NCBI RefSeq assembly: GCF_963921235.1
Contig: NC_086108.1
Span: forward strand, 46,812,001-46,876,000
Source: Mobula hypostoma
Lineage: Eukaryota
Length of the DNA: 64,000 nt
Reading direction: 5' to 3'
This document shows positions 38,070-51,933 of the stretch, piece by piece (the stretch's first letter is position 1; every line of letters starts with the position of its first letter). Both the position numbers and the translations under genes were made by a program. The notes beneath the pieces are model-generated. The model was not told where the DNA came from, made no database searches, and saw only the letters and a program-made list of their open reading frames with translations.

Positions 38070-39090
38070 GCCTTCAATGACGGATGCTTAAAATTCCAGG
38101 TTGGGTGACACAGATAAAAAGGAAAGAAGAGTAGTCTGTGCTATGCCAATGAAGAGGATTTTCAGGAAGCTCTACTTTGTTCTGTGTAATTGCCACAAGA
38201 TATAACCATTGGCAAAATGTTCCGCATTCTGCACAAGTATTTTACAAGGCACTGACTCCAGAAGAACTGTGACACTGTATTTGCATTGACAGAGCTGCTG
38301 CAACAACAGGCAGGCCAGGGGAAGGCATGTTGCTTCCCATGCTCAAACAACACATTGCTTCTTTCACAGAAAGCTATTGGCAACCAATAAGTTGTCCAGC
38401 TTAACAATATCCTATTATAGTCATTAAAATAGTGAATTTTGAGAAATTTTTAATTCTTTGCTGTGGTGTGCGAATAAATAGGGGCTGTTTACCATCATCT
38501 ACTTCTCCTGGCTTGTGCAACATTTGTCACTGATGAAGTACAAAACTGTGTGTATGAACTGTAAAGTGAATTTGAAGCTTTTGTTGCTAAATAACTTTCC
38601 TTTAATAGAAAACTTTTGGGATTTGTTATGGTTCACCAAACTTGCATCTTGATCACTTCAATCATCCAAATCGGCTTATGTAGGGAATGCTTCCAGTGTG
38701 TTTGGAAAACAAAACAAGATCAGTTTTTAAAAATGTTAAGGTCTGAAAAGGAAAGGGTGCAATTGTTTTGACATGGTCCTATCTTCTGGCAGCAAAGATG
38801 TCATTCTCACTCTCCAAAGCAATCATTCCATCTAAAATCAATTTGACAAAAATTCCCACTGACTCCACTCCATTGAAAAGGAAGCACAAAATTGGTAATC
38901 CTTTCCTATTGACACTGAGACCTTGCAGTTTTTAACCTTACAGGACAAGTTGATTGAGTTGTGAAATGATGAGAGGCCAAAGATCCTTATTCCAAAACCC
39001 AATATTACCTACTTTCTATTCTAATTCAATACAGACTATCCAGAACTGAATGGACCTACGGTCAAAACCATAATGTTGTTCCAGTACATA
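38070..39090 (+). mobile_element. Ancient hAT (Charlie/Buster-like) transposase fossil
   Basis: Decayed motifs CIDRAAATTG (compare CTDGAAAMTG), THCFFHRKLLA (compare THC..HREAL), LQDKLIEL and DYPEL, in hAT order. Confidence 0.65.
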
Positions 39091-39174
39091 GAAGAATACA
39101 CTACAGGTACAGGCCCTCAGCCCATGGTGTTGTCATGAAATGTTTAAGCTAATACCATAGAAACTATAGAAAGG

Positions 39175-39612
39175 GTGCAGAGGAAATTTACAAGGATGTT
39201 GCCTGGATTGGGGAGCATGCCTTATGAAAACAGGTTGAGTGAACTCGACTTGTTCTCCTTGGAGCGACAGAGGATGAGAGGTGACCTAATAGAGGTGTAT
39301 AAGATGATGAGAGGCATTGATCGTATGGATAGTCAGAGGTTTTTTTCCCAGGGCTGAAATGCCTGTCACAGGAGGGCACAGGTTTAAGGTGCTGAGGAGG
39401 AGGTACATTGAAGATGCCAGGGGTAAGTGTTTTTTACGCAGAGTGGTGAGTGCGTGGAATGGACTGCCGGCAACGGTGGTGGTGGACACGATAGGGTCTT
39501 TTAAGAGACTTTTGGATAGGTACATGGAGCTTAGAAAAATAGAAGGCTATGGGTAACCCTAGTAATTTCTAAGGTAGTAATTTCTATTGTGCTGTAGGTT
39601 TTCTATGTTCTA
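39175..39612 (+). mobile_element. CR1 LINE 3' end
   Basis: QRKFTRMLPGL..RMRGDLIEVYK..WNGLP. Confidence 0.85.
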
Positions 39613-39917
39613 ATAACTCTGCATCCCTTCTGCCTGCACATGATCTGTATCCTTCCATTCTCTGCATATTCGAGTGCCTACCTAGGTGCCTCATAAATGC
39701 CTCCATTGTATTTGCCTCCACTACCAACCATGGCAATACATTTCAGGCACCCACCACTCTCTGTGTAAAAAAAGACTTGCACATTTCCTTTCAACTTCCC
39801 CTTTTCCCCCACCTTAAATGCATACCCTCTCATATAAGACATTTAAACCTTTGGAGAAAAGAACTACTAGCTATCTACTATGTACACTTTTGATCATTTC
39901 CATCAGGTTTCCATTTG

Positions 39918-40533
39918 TGATTATGATTATGAAGACACGTAGTCCTCTTTTATTGTCATTTAGTAATGCATGCATTAAGAAATGACACATTATTTCCTCT
40001 GGTGTGATATCACAAAACAGAGGACAAACCAAGACTGAAAAAAACTGGCAAAACCACATAATTATAACATATAGTTACAAACAGTGTAACAATACCATAA
40101 CTTGATGAAGAAGTCCAAGAGCACAGTAAAGTTCAAAGTTTCTCAAATGTCCCACATCTCACTCAGACGGGAGAAGGAAGAAAAACTCTCCCTGCCATGC
40201 CGACCACAATTCGACTCTGAGTCATCCAAAACTTCCAGCTCTGATCAGCTCTCCGACACCGAGTACTGAGCACCATCTCTGTCCAACGATTCGACCTCCT
40301 TCTCGGTCGCCAAAAGCAGGCAAGGCCGGGGATTTTGAGGCCTACCCTCCGAAAGATTCCCAATCACACAGTAACGACAACAGTGAATGGGCGTTTCAGA
40401 AATTTCTCCAGATGTTCCTCTGTGCTTTCACGTCCATTCTCCATCAAATCAGAATTGTCCACGGCCCCTATTTAACAGATACAATATCATTTTTCACCGG
40501 AGGGCTGCACACACGCAGGCGCGCCACCATCTT
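39918..40533 (-). mobile_element. Non-autonomous LINE-like element (AAGATGG head, (ataatc)n tail) inserted in a minus-strand CR1 (about 39615-41090)
   Basis: Minus-strand start AAGATGGTGGCGCG, tandem tail at 39918-39931, CR1 sequence on both flanks. Confidence 0.55.
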
Positions 40534-41098
40534 CTCCTCCCGATTTAGCCTCTGCCACTCCAGAGAAAACAATCCGAGCTGTCCAATGCCTACTTGTAGT
40601 ATACCGTACACCATTAAATTCAGGCAGCATCCTGACAAACCTCTTCTGAGACCCACCATGGCTTCCACGTCCTTCCTTTATCACGGTGACCAAAATTCTA
40701 TGCAGCACTCCACATGTTCACTAGCCAGACTTTAAAAAGCAGCAACATAACATCTTGACTTGTGAAACCACTGCCTCAACTAAAAAAGGCAAGCACATTA
40801 TACAATGACTTTACCACCCTATCAATTTGTGTAGTCACTTTGAAGGAACAGCAGACTTAGATCTCAAGGTCCCTCAGTACATTAACACTGTTAAGGGCCC
40901 AGCCATTAACTGTGTACTTTCCATTTACATGTACATCCTAATACCTCACTTGCCCGAATTAAACCCAATCTGTCATTTCTTTGCTCATATCTACAAGTAA
41001 TCTATATCCTTTTGTATCCTTTGGCAACCTTCTGTCATATCCATAACAGTGAAACCTTTGTCACAAGCAATCTTTAAAACCCACCCATTCTTTTGAAC

Positions 41099-41818
41099 TT
41101 ATTTAAATCTTACATCTGTCCAACAATGTGAGGGAGACTGCAATGTACAGACACGTGAATTTATAAGTTTAATGCCATATAGAAAGAAGCTGTTCTGTAG
41201 CCTGCTAGTCCTGACTTTAACACTGCAGTACCGTTTGCCAGGCGGAAGCAGCTGAACCACTTTATGGTTGGGGTGATTGGTGTCACCGATGATCTTCCAG
41301 GCCTTCTTCACACACCTGCTGCTGTAAATATCCTCAATGGAGCGATGTTCACATCCACAGATGTGCTGTGCTATCGGTACCACTCTCTGCAGGGGCCAGC
41401 GATCAAGGTTGGTACAATTCCTGTACCAGGCAGTGAGACGGCCAGTCAGTACGCTCTCAATGGTGCCCCTGTAGAAAGTCTTGAAGATTTGGGAGTTCAT
41501 GTTGAACTTCTTCAGTCGCCTGAGGTGGAAGACACGCTGTTGTGCTTTTTTTGCCACACAGCCAGTGTGTGCAGTCCAAGTGAAATCTCTGGTGATATGT
41601 ATACCGAGGAATTTGGAACTACTCACCCTCTCACTGCAGTCCCATTGCTGTTGATCAGGCTGAGCCTGTCTGTCTCCATTCCTCCTGGAATCCACAATCA
41701 CCTCTTTTGGTTTTTGGACACTGAGGAAGAGGTTGTTATCTTGGCACCACTGTATCAGGGTGTTAACCTCTCCTCTGTTGGCTGTCTCGTCACTGCTAGA
41801 AATAATGTTCTGATCCAT
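41099..41818 (-). mobile_element. Rex1/L2-like LINE 3' fragment
   Basis: WCQDNNLFL..KFLGIHI..KKAQQRVFHLRRLKK..FYRGTIESVL. Confidence 0.85.
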
Positions 41819-42379
41819 ATCCTACTTTGAATGTCCGCATCCTCAAAACAAATATTTAAAAACTGGACAGTCCTTTCAGCCTTGGGTTCAGCAATTAAAC
41901 TTCTATTGGAATCCAGTGAAACAAGATTTTCCTGAGATTTTTACATGACACCACCATTTCCTCTTACAGCCAACGATGTGATCTCTTGGCAATCATCTGC
42001 CACAATCCTCTTCTCTGACTTCTCATCATACTCAATAATCCTTTAATTTTTTTTCCAACATTGCCCAACTAAAGCCTTCGCTCCAATTTCCCCAACCCTC
42101 CCACAATCTCTGTGCTGCCCTGCCTTATTCATCATCATTACCTGCGGTGTCCCTTCTATATCCACCACTTCAAACACCCCTTATCAAGCCCCAGAATCAT
42201 CATTCTAATTACTGCCTGCCTAGATTTTCTCCCCTCCAGCAATTCTGCTGCTTTCTCTCGCCACAGTTTTGACCATTGCCTGATATAATATCTGCACATC
42301 CCCTTCATCACTGCTCCTTTACAGCAAGTCAGATTTTCAAAAATTTTAGTTCAGCCATACACATGGCAAAAGGCTGTTC

Positions 42380-42960
42380 AATACAACACACACAAAATGC
42401 TGAAGGAACTCAGCAGGCCAAGTACCTACCATCTGTGGAAATGAATGAACAGTCGACATTATGGGCTAAGACCTTTCTTCTGGACTGGAAAGGAAGGAAG
42501 ATGCCAGAATAAAAGGGTGGGGTGAAGGAGGTTAGCTGGAAGGTGATAGGCGAATGAAGGAAGGTAAGAAAGGTAAAGGGCTGGAGAGGAAGAAATCTGA
42601 TGGGAGAGGAGAGTGGACCACAAGAGAAAGGAAAAGAGGAATGGACCCAGAGGGAGGCAACAGGCAGGTGAGAAGAGGTAAGAGGCCAGAGTTGGGAATA
42701 GAAGAAGAAAGGAGAGGGAGGGATTTGTTTTTAACCGAAAGGAGAAATTGATATTCATGCCATCAAGTTGGATGCTTCCCAGACGGAATATAAGGCGTTG
42801 CTCCTCCACCCTGAGGGTGGCCTCAACGTGGCACAAGAGGAGGCCATGGACCAACAGATCAGAATGGGAAGAGAAATAGGAATGGGAATGAAAATGTTTG
42901 GCCATTGGGAAGTTCTGCTCTTGGCGGATGGAAGGGAGGTGCTTGACGAAGCAATCCCAC
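42380..42960 (-). mobile_element. Older Penelope-like 3' fragment
   Basis: LRVEEQRLIFRLGSIQLDGMNINFS plus a degenerate pLTR. Confidence 0.8.
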
Positions 42961-44769
42961 AAATGGATGGGGGGAGTTAAGATGGCGCCAAGTGGCTGTG
43001 ACTTCGAGCTCATCTGTGAAAACGGCTGAAATTCTTCTCTTTAACGTCTTTTTTTTCCTTTTCAAGGCGGTTGGGATTCTATCAACGCCTTGATCTAGAA
43101 TGGCACTTAAACTGCGTTTTTTTTTAATACAGCAAATGTGTTCCCGTGCCTGGAGCTCGTCGGCCGACCATTTTCTGACATTCTCCAGGTACGGCTCGGA
43201 AGATGGTGCCTCCGGGGCGCGGCCGATGCCAGGCTGGTGTTGCTGACTGAGGCAAGCGGGAGAAGAAACATCAGGGTTTCGCTGCAGCGGATTAGGGACG
43301 GAGGTGCGGCCGCACTCTCTCTCTGTTTCCCCTGATGGAGGTAGAGTTTGCCACTGATTGTCGGCTCGGGAATCCCTGAGTAAAAAGCGGCGCGGCAGAC
43401 TAGAACAGCGACTGTCAGTCTCCCCCTTCGCTGTGAAAAACGGGTGATATCTCTCTGTCCCTCGTTAAAGAGAGAGAGCCTGTGGCATGTCGAACTGTCG
43501 GGTAAACAATAGTTTCTGTTGACGGCAGGTCATAGTCTCTGTGTTGCCCTTGAGGCATTTGTTTAGCTTTGCTGGGTTTCCACTTTAAATAATTTGTTTG
43601 TCACTATTTTCTAGTTGAAGTTAAAGATAAAATTCATCGTCTGTGGTATATGTGGCGACGTACCCTCCGGTTTCGCCGCGCTTTGGGGGTAACTCTGGTT
43701 CGGAGAAGGTGAAAAGGTGCGTGCAGCATGAACGTGAAGAGCTCCGTCTCTACCCACAGAGAAACATTATAGAAGCAACGCCGTCAGTTCATATGACAGT
43801 ATTTGAAGTAAAAAGATTAACGCGGATTCTGTTAGAGGAAGCGGCGCGCGTGGCGGCTTTTCAGTTTCAAATGCGGGGTGGGCGCGACCCCCAGACACTC
43901 GCTGGAAGAAAAGAGCGAGTGTGGTCTCTACAAATATCAACAGTTTTCACCATACATTGTTAATGTGGAAGAGTGCACAGTAAATGGTTAACCTTACTAG
44001 GACTCTGTCTTCATTGGCTCCGGTTTAGTCAGAGTTCCAACACACTGCACAAAAACACTACAGTCTCTCTTTGGGTGTTTTACTATTGCTTGATGGGCGG
44101 TGGACGCTGAGGGTTTTTGCTGAAACGTTGGGGGGGGGAGGGGGCAGGTTGATGCTTTGATGAGAAGACTGGAGGGAAGATGGTGGAGGATGCTGTCCCT
44201 CTTGCACAAGCCGCTTTGTGCAGACGAATGGCTTTGAGGAGGAAGGACTACCACCCCTGTGGGACAGCCCATTGGTTCAAGGTGGATTTCAAGCGACCGT
44301 CAGAAGGTGGTGTGTGCTTTCATGTAGACTGAGGGTTCAGTGCGTAATTTACAGACAAGTTCAAGATTTGAGAGCCATCGTACACGTGACTATAATATGA
44401 ACATGTGAAGTATAATCAGCCCTTTTTGTTTTTTTTCTTTCTTGCCTTTAATAACTGCTTAAGTTGACATTCTTAAATACACTTATGATTAATTGTATGC
44501 AATGACGACCTGTTATTTCTTGCCAATAGGCAATTATTTGCCAGTGGCAGTAAATCACATAGCGTTCACACAAACTGGGATTTGGGTGGGCAAGACATCC
44601 CAACCTTATAGACTTTACAGGACCAAAGTTGGATACACCCTAGACGTACGAAGCCTGAGAAAGGTGGGTTTCTCACTGCAGAATCCAGTGGCTGTTGGTG
44701 TGGGGCTAATGAGCTGCATTTCCAGAGTAAACACCCAGTAAAAGGGTGTTTCAAGTATTTACTCAGGAG

Positions 44770-46300
44770 TAAATGGTCTATGGAAGTGAGGCAAAGCAGC
44801 AGCAAGGTCATAGACCCGATACAGATTACAGTGGAGGAGGTGCTATCTTGAGGCAAATTAGGGTGGATAAATTCCTAGGGCCTGACAAGGTATTCCCTCA
44901 GACCCCATGGGAAGTTAATTCAGAAATTGCAGGAGCCCCAGCAGCAATATTTAAAACATCCTTAACCATGGTTTGGAGGATACCAGAAGTTTAGAGAATA
45001 GCTAATGTTGTTCTGTTGTTTAAGAAAGGCTCTAAGAATAAACCAGGAAGCTACAGGCCAATGAGCTTGACAGCAGTAGTGGAAAAGTTATTGAAAGGTA
45101 TTCTCAGGGACCAGATATATAAGTATTTAGATAGACAGACTGATTAGGGATAGTCAACATTGCTATGTGAGTGGTAGGTCATGTTTAACCAATCATGTAG
45201 AGTTTTTAGAGGAGTTTAGCAGGAAAGTTGATGATGGCAAGGCAATGGATGTTGTCTACATGGACTTCAGCAAGGGCTTTGATTAGGTCACACATTTCTT
45301 GGCACGCAAAATGAGGTAGTAGATTGGATTAACACATTAGCATCATGGGAGAAGCTAGAGAGTGGTAGTAGATGGTGGCCATTCTGACTGGAGGCCTGTG
45401 ACTAGTGGTGTCCTGCAGGGATCTATTATTGTTTGTGGTAAACTGGATCAGCAAATTTACAGATGACACCAAGATTGGGGTTGTAGTGGATGGCAAAGAA
45501 GACTTAAAACTTGCAGTGGGATCTGGAACAGCTGGAAAAATGGCTGATGTAATTTAATGCAAACAAGTGTAAGGTTTGCACTTTGGGAGGGCAAACGAGG
45601 TAGGTTTAACATGGTGAACAGTAGGGCACTGAGGACTGCAGCAGAACAGGGGGATCTGGGAATACAGATCCACAATTCCTTGAAAGTTACATCATAGGTA
45701 GATAGGTTCATAAAGAAAGCATTTGGCACAATGGTCTTCATAAATCAATGTATTGAGTGCAGGAGTTGAGATGTTGTGTTGAAGTTGTACAAGACATTGG
45801 TGAAGCCTAATTTAGATTATTGTGTGAAATTTTGGTCACCTACCAACAAGAAAGATGTAAATAAGATAGAGTGCAGAGAAAATTTACAAGTATGTTGCCA
45901 AGACTTGAAGACCTAAGTTCTTGGGAAAAGTTGAATAGGTTAGTATTTTATTCCCTAGAATGTTGAGGATTGAGGGGAGATTTGATGGAGGTATGCAAAA
46001 TTATAAGGAGTACAGCTTTTTCCACTGAGTGAGACTACAACTAGAGGTCATGAGTTAAGGGTGAAAAGTGAAATTTTTAAGGGAAAAATGAGAGAGGTTT
46101 TCTTCACTCAGAGGATAGTGAGTGTAGAATGAACTGCCAGGGCAAGTGGTGGATCTGGGTTTGATTTCAAAATTTAAGATAAATTTGGATAGATACATGG
46201 ATGGGAGAGGTATGTACGGCTTATGATCCAGCTGCAGGTCGATAGAACAAGGTAGATTAATGGTTCGGCACAGGGTCTGTTTCTGTGCACTAGTGTTCAA
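44770..46300 (+). mobile_element. CR1 LINE ORF2/3' fragment
   Basis: DKFLGPDKVFP, KKGSKNKPGSYRP and YMDFSK motifs. Confidence 0.85.
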
Positions 46301-47341
46301 TAACTCTTTGAGAGAAATGTGAGGTGACTTTGCTATAACATCAGATAATAAGGAGCGTGAAAATGATTGCTAAGGTGTTGCTTCTCCAGGCTAAAACCTG
46401 AAGCATGGTTTCATCATATGTAGTGGAATATATTGGATTAAGAATACAAGGAAATTCTTCATTCAGAGATCCAAGAATCTGTGGATTCTCAATCATGAAG
46501 GCAGTGAATCCAATAAATTTTGTACTTTAGGGTACTCAAGGTTAGGTGGGTTTAAAACAGTAAAGTTGAATTAAAATAAAACATCAGAAGAGTACAGCAA
46601 CATTAACAGGCTATATAACTTACCTGTCTATTTCATTTGTTCTTGTATTGTGAGTCAGTAAATTGCAGTGGATCATTAGTTTTTAATGATGTAAATTCCA
46701 CATTTAAAATAATATACTGTGAATTTCCCATATTTTCTCAGGTTGAGAAATAGAACATAATATCAAGGGTAAATGAGACAATATTCATCAGATATGAGAC
46801 ATCCTCAACTCCACCATTCTGAGAAATCACAACCAATCCCATGTTCACCCTCCATTAAAGATCAACAACAGAACCAATCATCTCCCCCAGTGACCCCTCC
46901 TTTCCTTTCTCCCATAATCCACTCTCCTCGCCTATGAGATTCCTTCTTCTCCAGCCCATTGCCTTTTCTACTTATCACCTCCTAACTTGTTACTTCATCC
47001 TCCTTCCCTGCCCCTCACCTTCTCATTCTGGCATCTTCCCCAACCTCTTCCTTTCCAGTCCTGATGAAGGATTTCGCCCTGAAACATCAGCTCTTTATTC
47101 ATTTCCATACATGCGGCCTGATCTGCTGAGCTCCTCCAGAACTTTGCATGTGTTACACTATTTCCAATCTAGCTCAGCTGCTGGATGAATGGTTATGTAA
47201 TAATTCATACCTTTCCAAAATTGGTATGTTCAACATACAACAGTTAACCATTTCGGTAATTGTAACTAGGCAATATCATTACCTACAAGACCATTAAGAT
47301 AAGAAAAGGCTGTGAAGCAAATACATGTACCGTAAAGGTTA

Positions 47342-47895
47342 TGTAACACCCTGGGAAAGGTTTCACTGCTAATATAATGTTCTTTCTGCAGAAGCAGTGT
47401 TTGAGTTATGGTTAGTTCTAAGGGGTGCTTTGGAATGTGAGCCGTCCAATGAAGAGAGTGTGTTTTTGTGTTGTGTGCCTGACACCGGTGTGAGCTGGGT
47501 CTTTTGTTCAGCGGGAGATGAAGAGAGAAGAGGTCGTAGGACTCGACCTGGAGCAGGGCCATGATTTGATGAAGCCCGGGGAAATCGAAGGAGGATCGAT
47601 GAAGGGGAAACCATGAGCTCCAACTTGTGCACATTAGAATGTTTCATTAAAATGGGCCTTTTTTTTGCTTTTTCTTTACTAATTTTTTAGTCAAATTAAG
47701 AATTATAAAGCTAAATCGTTTAATTGTATGCGGTGTACTGTCTGTTATTTTGTACTTGTTTGTAACAGGGTAACGAATCACGCAGCATCCACACAAACGG
47801 AGTGTCAGTGGGCTTGCACCTCAATCTGACATGTTTGATGGGGCTAGAGATTTTTTTCCCTAGACTTAGGCAGCCGAGGAAACCTGAGTGTTTCA
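47342..47895 (+). mobile_element. Probable solo LTR
   Basis: TGTAACA...TGTTTCA inverted ends with LTR-like composition. The TSD is not clean. Confidence 0.55.
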
Positions 47896-48198
47896 GCTCA
47901 TACACTTGCTGACCATCCCTGGATTTCCTGAACTCCCTTTAAATTTACCAGATTCACTTGGAAAATTACTTATTTCACTGTGTAGCAACACACAAAATAA
48001 TGAATTTGAAGCATGCTGGATTATTAATTGGAGCAACGGTCAAAAGAGCAATCTGCTCATCTTGCACCAATGAATTTCCAAGTTTACCAGTTTAAAGGAG
48101 TTTTAAACAATTTAGTTTTAAAGAGATCATGATTGTCACTTTCCTCGTTTAAGCTCTGATCCTGGTTCCTACTGAGTTTCAATATTGGCACTTCATAC

Positions 48199-48384
48199 CT
48201 TGTGTGCAGACTTTGGTGACAGACTTCTCACTTCCCTCAAATTCTGGCTCTCTACCAAAACAGTCGCATATATCCAATATCTGTTCAGAGGTTTGATTGG
48301 ACTCTAAGGAAAGAAAAGCATAACTGTGGTTTTCATTTGCTTTCAAGTTGCTTAAGTTCTTTATGTGCAAAGTAGGTTCTTCAT
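48199..48384 (-). CDS. AXDND1: Probable AXDND1 coding exon (186 nt, phase 1-1): DEEPTLHIKNLSNLKANENHSYAFLSLESNQTSEQILDICDCFGREPEFEGSEKSVTKVCTQ
   Basis: Acceptor attaatgcag|AT, donor CAAG|gtatga. Open frame, non-repetitive, phase-compatible with the exons at 51825 and 32016. Confidence 0.55.
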
Positions 48385-48734
48385 CTGCATTAATATAAAA
48401 TCCATTTTGAAATCCACTTAGCTCGTAATCTTTTGCTATAATATACTTATGTTGGCCCAAAGCATTAAATTATTTTGTGATTAGTGTTCTGTTTAATATT
48501 GTACCACTTATGAACCACTCTATCTGTTACTGCATCATATCAAGGAAATTTAAATAATAAATTATTTATGTAATGCAGTCTGATGATTAACTGCTTTCTA
48601 AGCTGATAATTTTTCACCAGTCTTCCTGAAGGATTTTGCCAAAGATATGGAATGCAAGTAAATGCAGTTCATTTCCAGATCTACAATAAGTTAACTGAAT
48701 GGAAAAAAATTGCTTTATTTCTATATCCAATTCA

Positions 48735-51155
48735 GGGTCACAGAACAGCAGATAAGCAGGTAGATTTTGGAAAGGTTCAAAAATAACATGGTGTTTGTCA
48801 TTCAACTTCCCAAATATTGATTGGCACCTACTCTGTGCAAAAGGTTTAGATGGGATATAATTTGTTAGGTGTGTCCAGGAAGGATTCTTGACACAGTATG
48901 AGGACAAGCCAACTAGAGGAGAAGCCATGCTGGATCTGGTGCTAGCCATGAATCTAGTAGTGACATCTCATAGTTGGGGACCATATTGGAGACAGTGACC
49001 ACAACCCCCTGACCTTTACCGTAGCCTGGATAGGAACAGGAGCAGATGGTATTGGAGAGTATTTAACTGGGAAGGGATAATTATAGTGGTATTAGGCAGG
49101 AACTTGGGAGCATAAATTCAGAGCAGATGTTGTCATGAAAATGCACAGCAGAAATATGGAGATTGCTTTGGGAGCACTTGCATGAATTCTGGATAGGGTT
49201 GCCCACTGAAACAGACAAAGGATTATAGGGTGAAGGAACCATGGTATACAAAAGAGATGGAACATTTAGTCAAGAAGATGCTTAAGGTTTATGGTGGATA
49301 CTTAATGTTTGGAAGTTATCTTAAGACTTAGGAAGCAAAAAATCAGACGGGGCTCTTGAGAGTTATAAGCCAAGCAGAAAGTATATTAGGATAGGATTTT
49401 GAAGAGCTGGAAGGGGACATGAGAAGGCCATGGCAAATAGAATTAGAGAAAACCTTAAGGCATTCTATAGGTGCGTGAAGAATAGGAGGATGAAGAGTGA
49501 GGGTTGGACCCCTCAGGAATAAAGGAGGAAACATGCACCTGCAGTCAGAAGAGGAAGAGGTTCTTAATGGATACTTTGCTTCAGTGTTTAACAGGGAGAG
49601 GGGCTTTGAAAAATGTGAGGTCAGCAAGCACAGGCTAATGTACTGGAGTGTGTCAAGGAGTGACACAGTGCCATAGCCATTAGTGCATTGCTTTACAGTC
49701 CCAGCAATTGCTGATCAGGGTTAGATTCCCACTGCTGGCTGTAAAGAGTTGTATGTTTTCTCCATGATTGCACTGGTTGGTCCTGGTGCACTGCTTTCCT
49801 CACACATTCAAAAGATGTATGATTTGGGTTAGTAAGTTGTGAGCATGATGTGTTGGTGTCAGAAGTGTGTCGACATCTGTGGATTGCCTCCAGCACGATT
49901 GACATATTTCACTTTATGTTTCAATGTACATGTGACAAATAAAGCTAATCTTATCTAAAGAAACCGGCAGTGTTGGAGCTTCTGAAAAACATTATGATAG
50001 ATAAGTCCCTGGGGCTGGACAGGATATACCCCAAGTTACTAAGGAAAACAAGAGAAGAGATTGATGATCTTTGTATCCTCACTGGCCACAGGAATAGTAC
50101 TAGATGATTGGAGTACGAAATGATGTTCCTTTGTTCAAGAAAAGTAATAGGGATAATCCTGGGAATTATAGACTAGTGAGCCTTACATCAGTCGTGAGCA
50201 AACTAATGGAGGGGATTCTTACGGACTGGATTTATGAGCATTTGGAGAAGCACAGTCTTATTGGGGATAGTCAGCGTTGCTTTGAGGGGAGCAGGCTATG
50301 CCACACAAGCCTTACTGACTTTTTCAAGGAAGTAACGACACAAATTGAAGAAGGAGAGCAGTGTTTGTGGTGTATATGGATTTTAGTAAACCGTTTGACA
50401 AGGTTCCTCAAGGAAAGTTCACCCAAAAAGTCATGAGACATGGAGTTCATGGAAACACGGCTGCAAACATTCAGAGCTGGCACAGAAGGCAGAGGATGAT
50501 AGTAGATGGAGCGTACTTTGCCTGGAGGTCCTTGACTAGCGGTATTCCATATGAAACTGTTTTGGGACACCGGCTCTTTGTGATTGTTATAAATGTCATG
50601 GATGAGTAGGTGGAGGGGTGGACTGGTGTATTTGCAGGTGGCATGAAGGTTGGCGATGTGTAGATAATGTTGTTATAGGTCACAAAGGGACACAGACTGG
50701 ATGTTGAGCTGGGCTGAGAAGTGGCAGGTGGAGTTCAATCCAGAAAAGCTGGAAGGTTGAACAAAGGCAGATTACGAGGTTAATGGCAGGATTCTTGGCA
50801 GTGTGGAAGAACAGAGAGAACTCCGGGTCCAGGTCCATAGATCCCTCAAAGTTGCCATATAAATTAAGAAGGCATATGGTATGTTGGCCTGCATTAGTAG
50901 AAGGATTGAGTTCAAGAGCCACAAGGGGTTGGTACCTGGAATGCACTGCTGAGTGTGATGGTAGCGGGTGACATTTAAGAAACTTAGGGACATTTAAGAA
51001 ACTTAGGGACATGGCTGAAAGAAAAAGTGGAGAATTATGGGCCATGTAAGAAGGAATGATTAGATTGATCATGGAGGAGGCTAAATGGTCAGCACAACAC
51101 TGTTGGCCAAAGGGCCCACATTGAGCTGTACTGTTTTATATTCTATGTTCTAATT
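48735..51155 (+). mobile_element. CR1 LINE (endonuclease end to 3' tail) interrupted by a SINE
   Basis: CVQEGFLTQY..LDLVL, NPGNYRLVSLTS and YMDFSKPFDKVP motifs; tail ttctatgttct. Confidence 0.85.
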
Positions 51156-51824
51156 AAACTATGGGTAAGTGATGTGTTATGTGGGTGTTGGGACAGGATA
51201 CTGTGACCCTCAGCAGACAAACTTCAAAGAGTGTCTGCATCTCAAATAAAGGAAAGTGGGAGATAAAGCCCTTGTGAATTTAAAGCAAGCTTGGAAGCAG
51301 AGCTTTGGTAACCATGCAAGGAGGTGTGGAGAGGTGGCAGCGTCCCAGTGAGTGAAAGGAAAGCAGGAGGCACAACCCTGGTGAGTGGAATATGGGATCC
51401 AGAGTCTTGTACAGGAGAAGCATTCTTGAGAAACAGAACTTCAAAGAGATTAAGCAAACATTAGTTTAAAGAAAGTAGCTCAAGTTAAGTAAAACAGGAA
51501 TAATTTAATAGTAACAGTTTATTATGTACTATATATTGCAAATAGAGTTCAAATGGTATCCTAAATAAATAGAGGCAATACAGGAACCTCAGATACCTAG
51601 AATATATGGACTTGCATGACATATTTCATGTCCTGGACAACTGTGCATACAGGAAGTGTTTTTATCTGGAGGATATCAGATCTCGGCTCTATTGAAGAGC
51701 CTGAGCGCATCATGAATTGCTCATTTCAGCCGGTAGTCACCCTCAAGCTTAAGATATTTCACACAGGGAGTGGTACATTCTGACTTAAGACGTATATTGT
51801 AAAATCAACTCTTTTTTTGTGTAC

Positions 51825-51933
51825 CTGTTTGCTCTTCTATTTGTTTACACACTTTCTCAGTGGGTCTGCTGTTGGCAAACATTTGATCAGCAGGATTAAC
51901 CAGGGATACATCTTCTAAACCTTCATCACACAT
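51825..51933 (-). CDS. AXDND1: Probable first coding exon of AXDND1 (exon 51962-51825, ATG at 51933): MCDEGLEDVSLVNPADQMFANSRPTEKVCKQIEEQT
   Basis: Acceptor ttttatttatag|CT at 51962, donor ACAG|gtacac at 51825, ATG with a purine at -3. Ends in phase 1, compatible with the next exons. No recognisable homology, so assigned by position and phase. Confidence 0.55.

Noticed and set aside
50970..51012. 19-bp tandem duplication (gacatttaagaaacttagg)
   Set aside because: Simple slippage inside a dead CR1, with no array structure.
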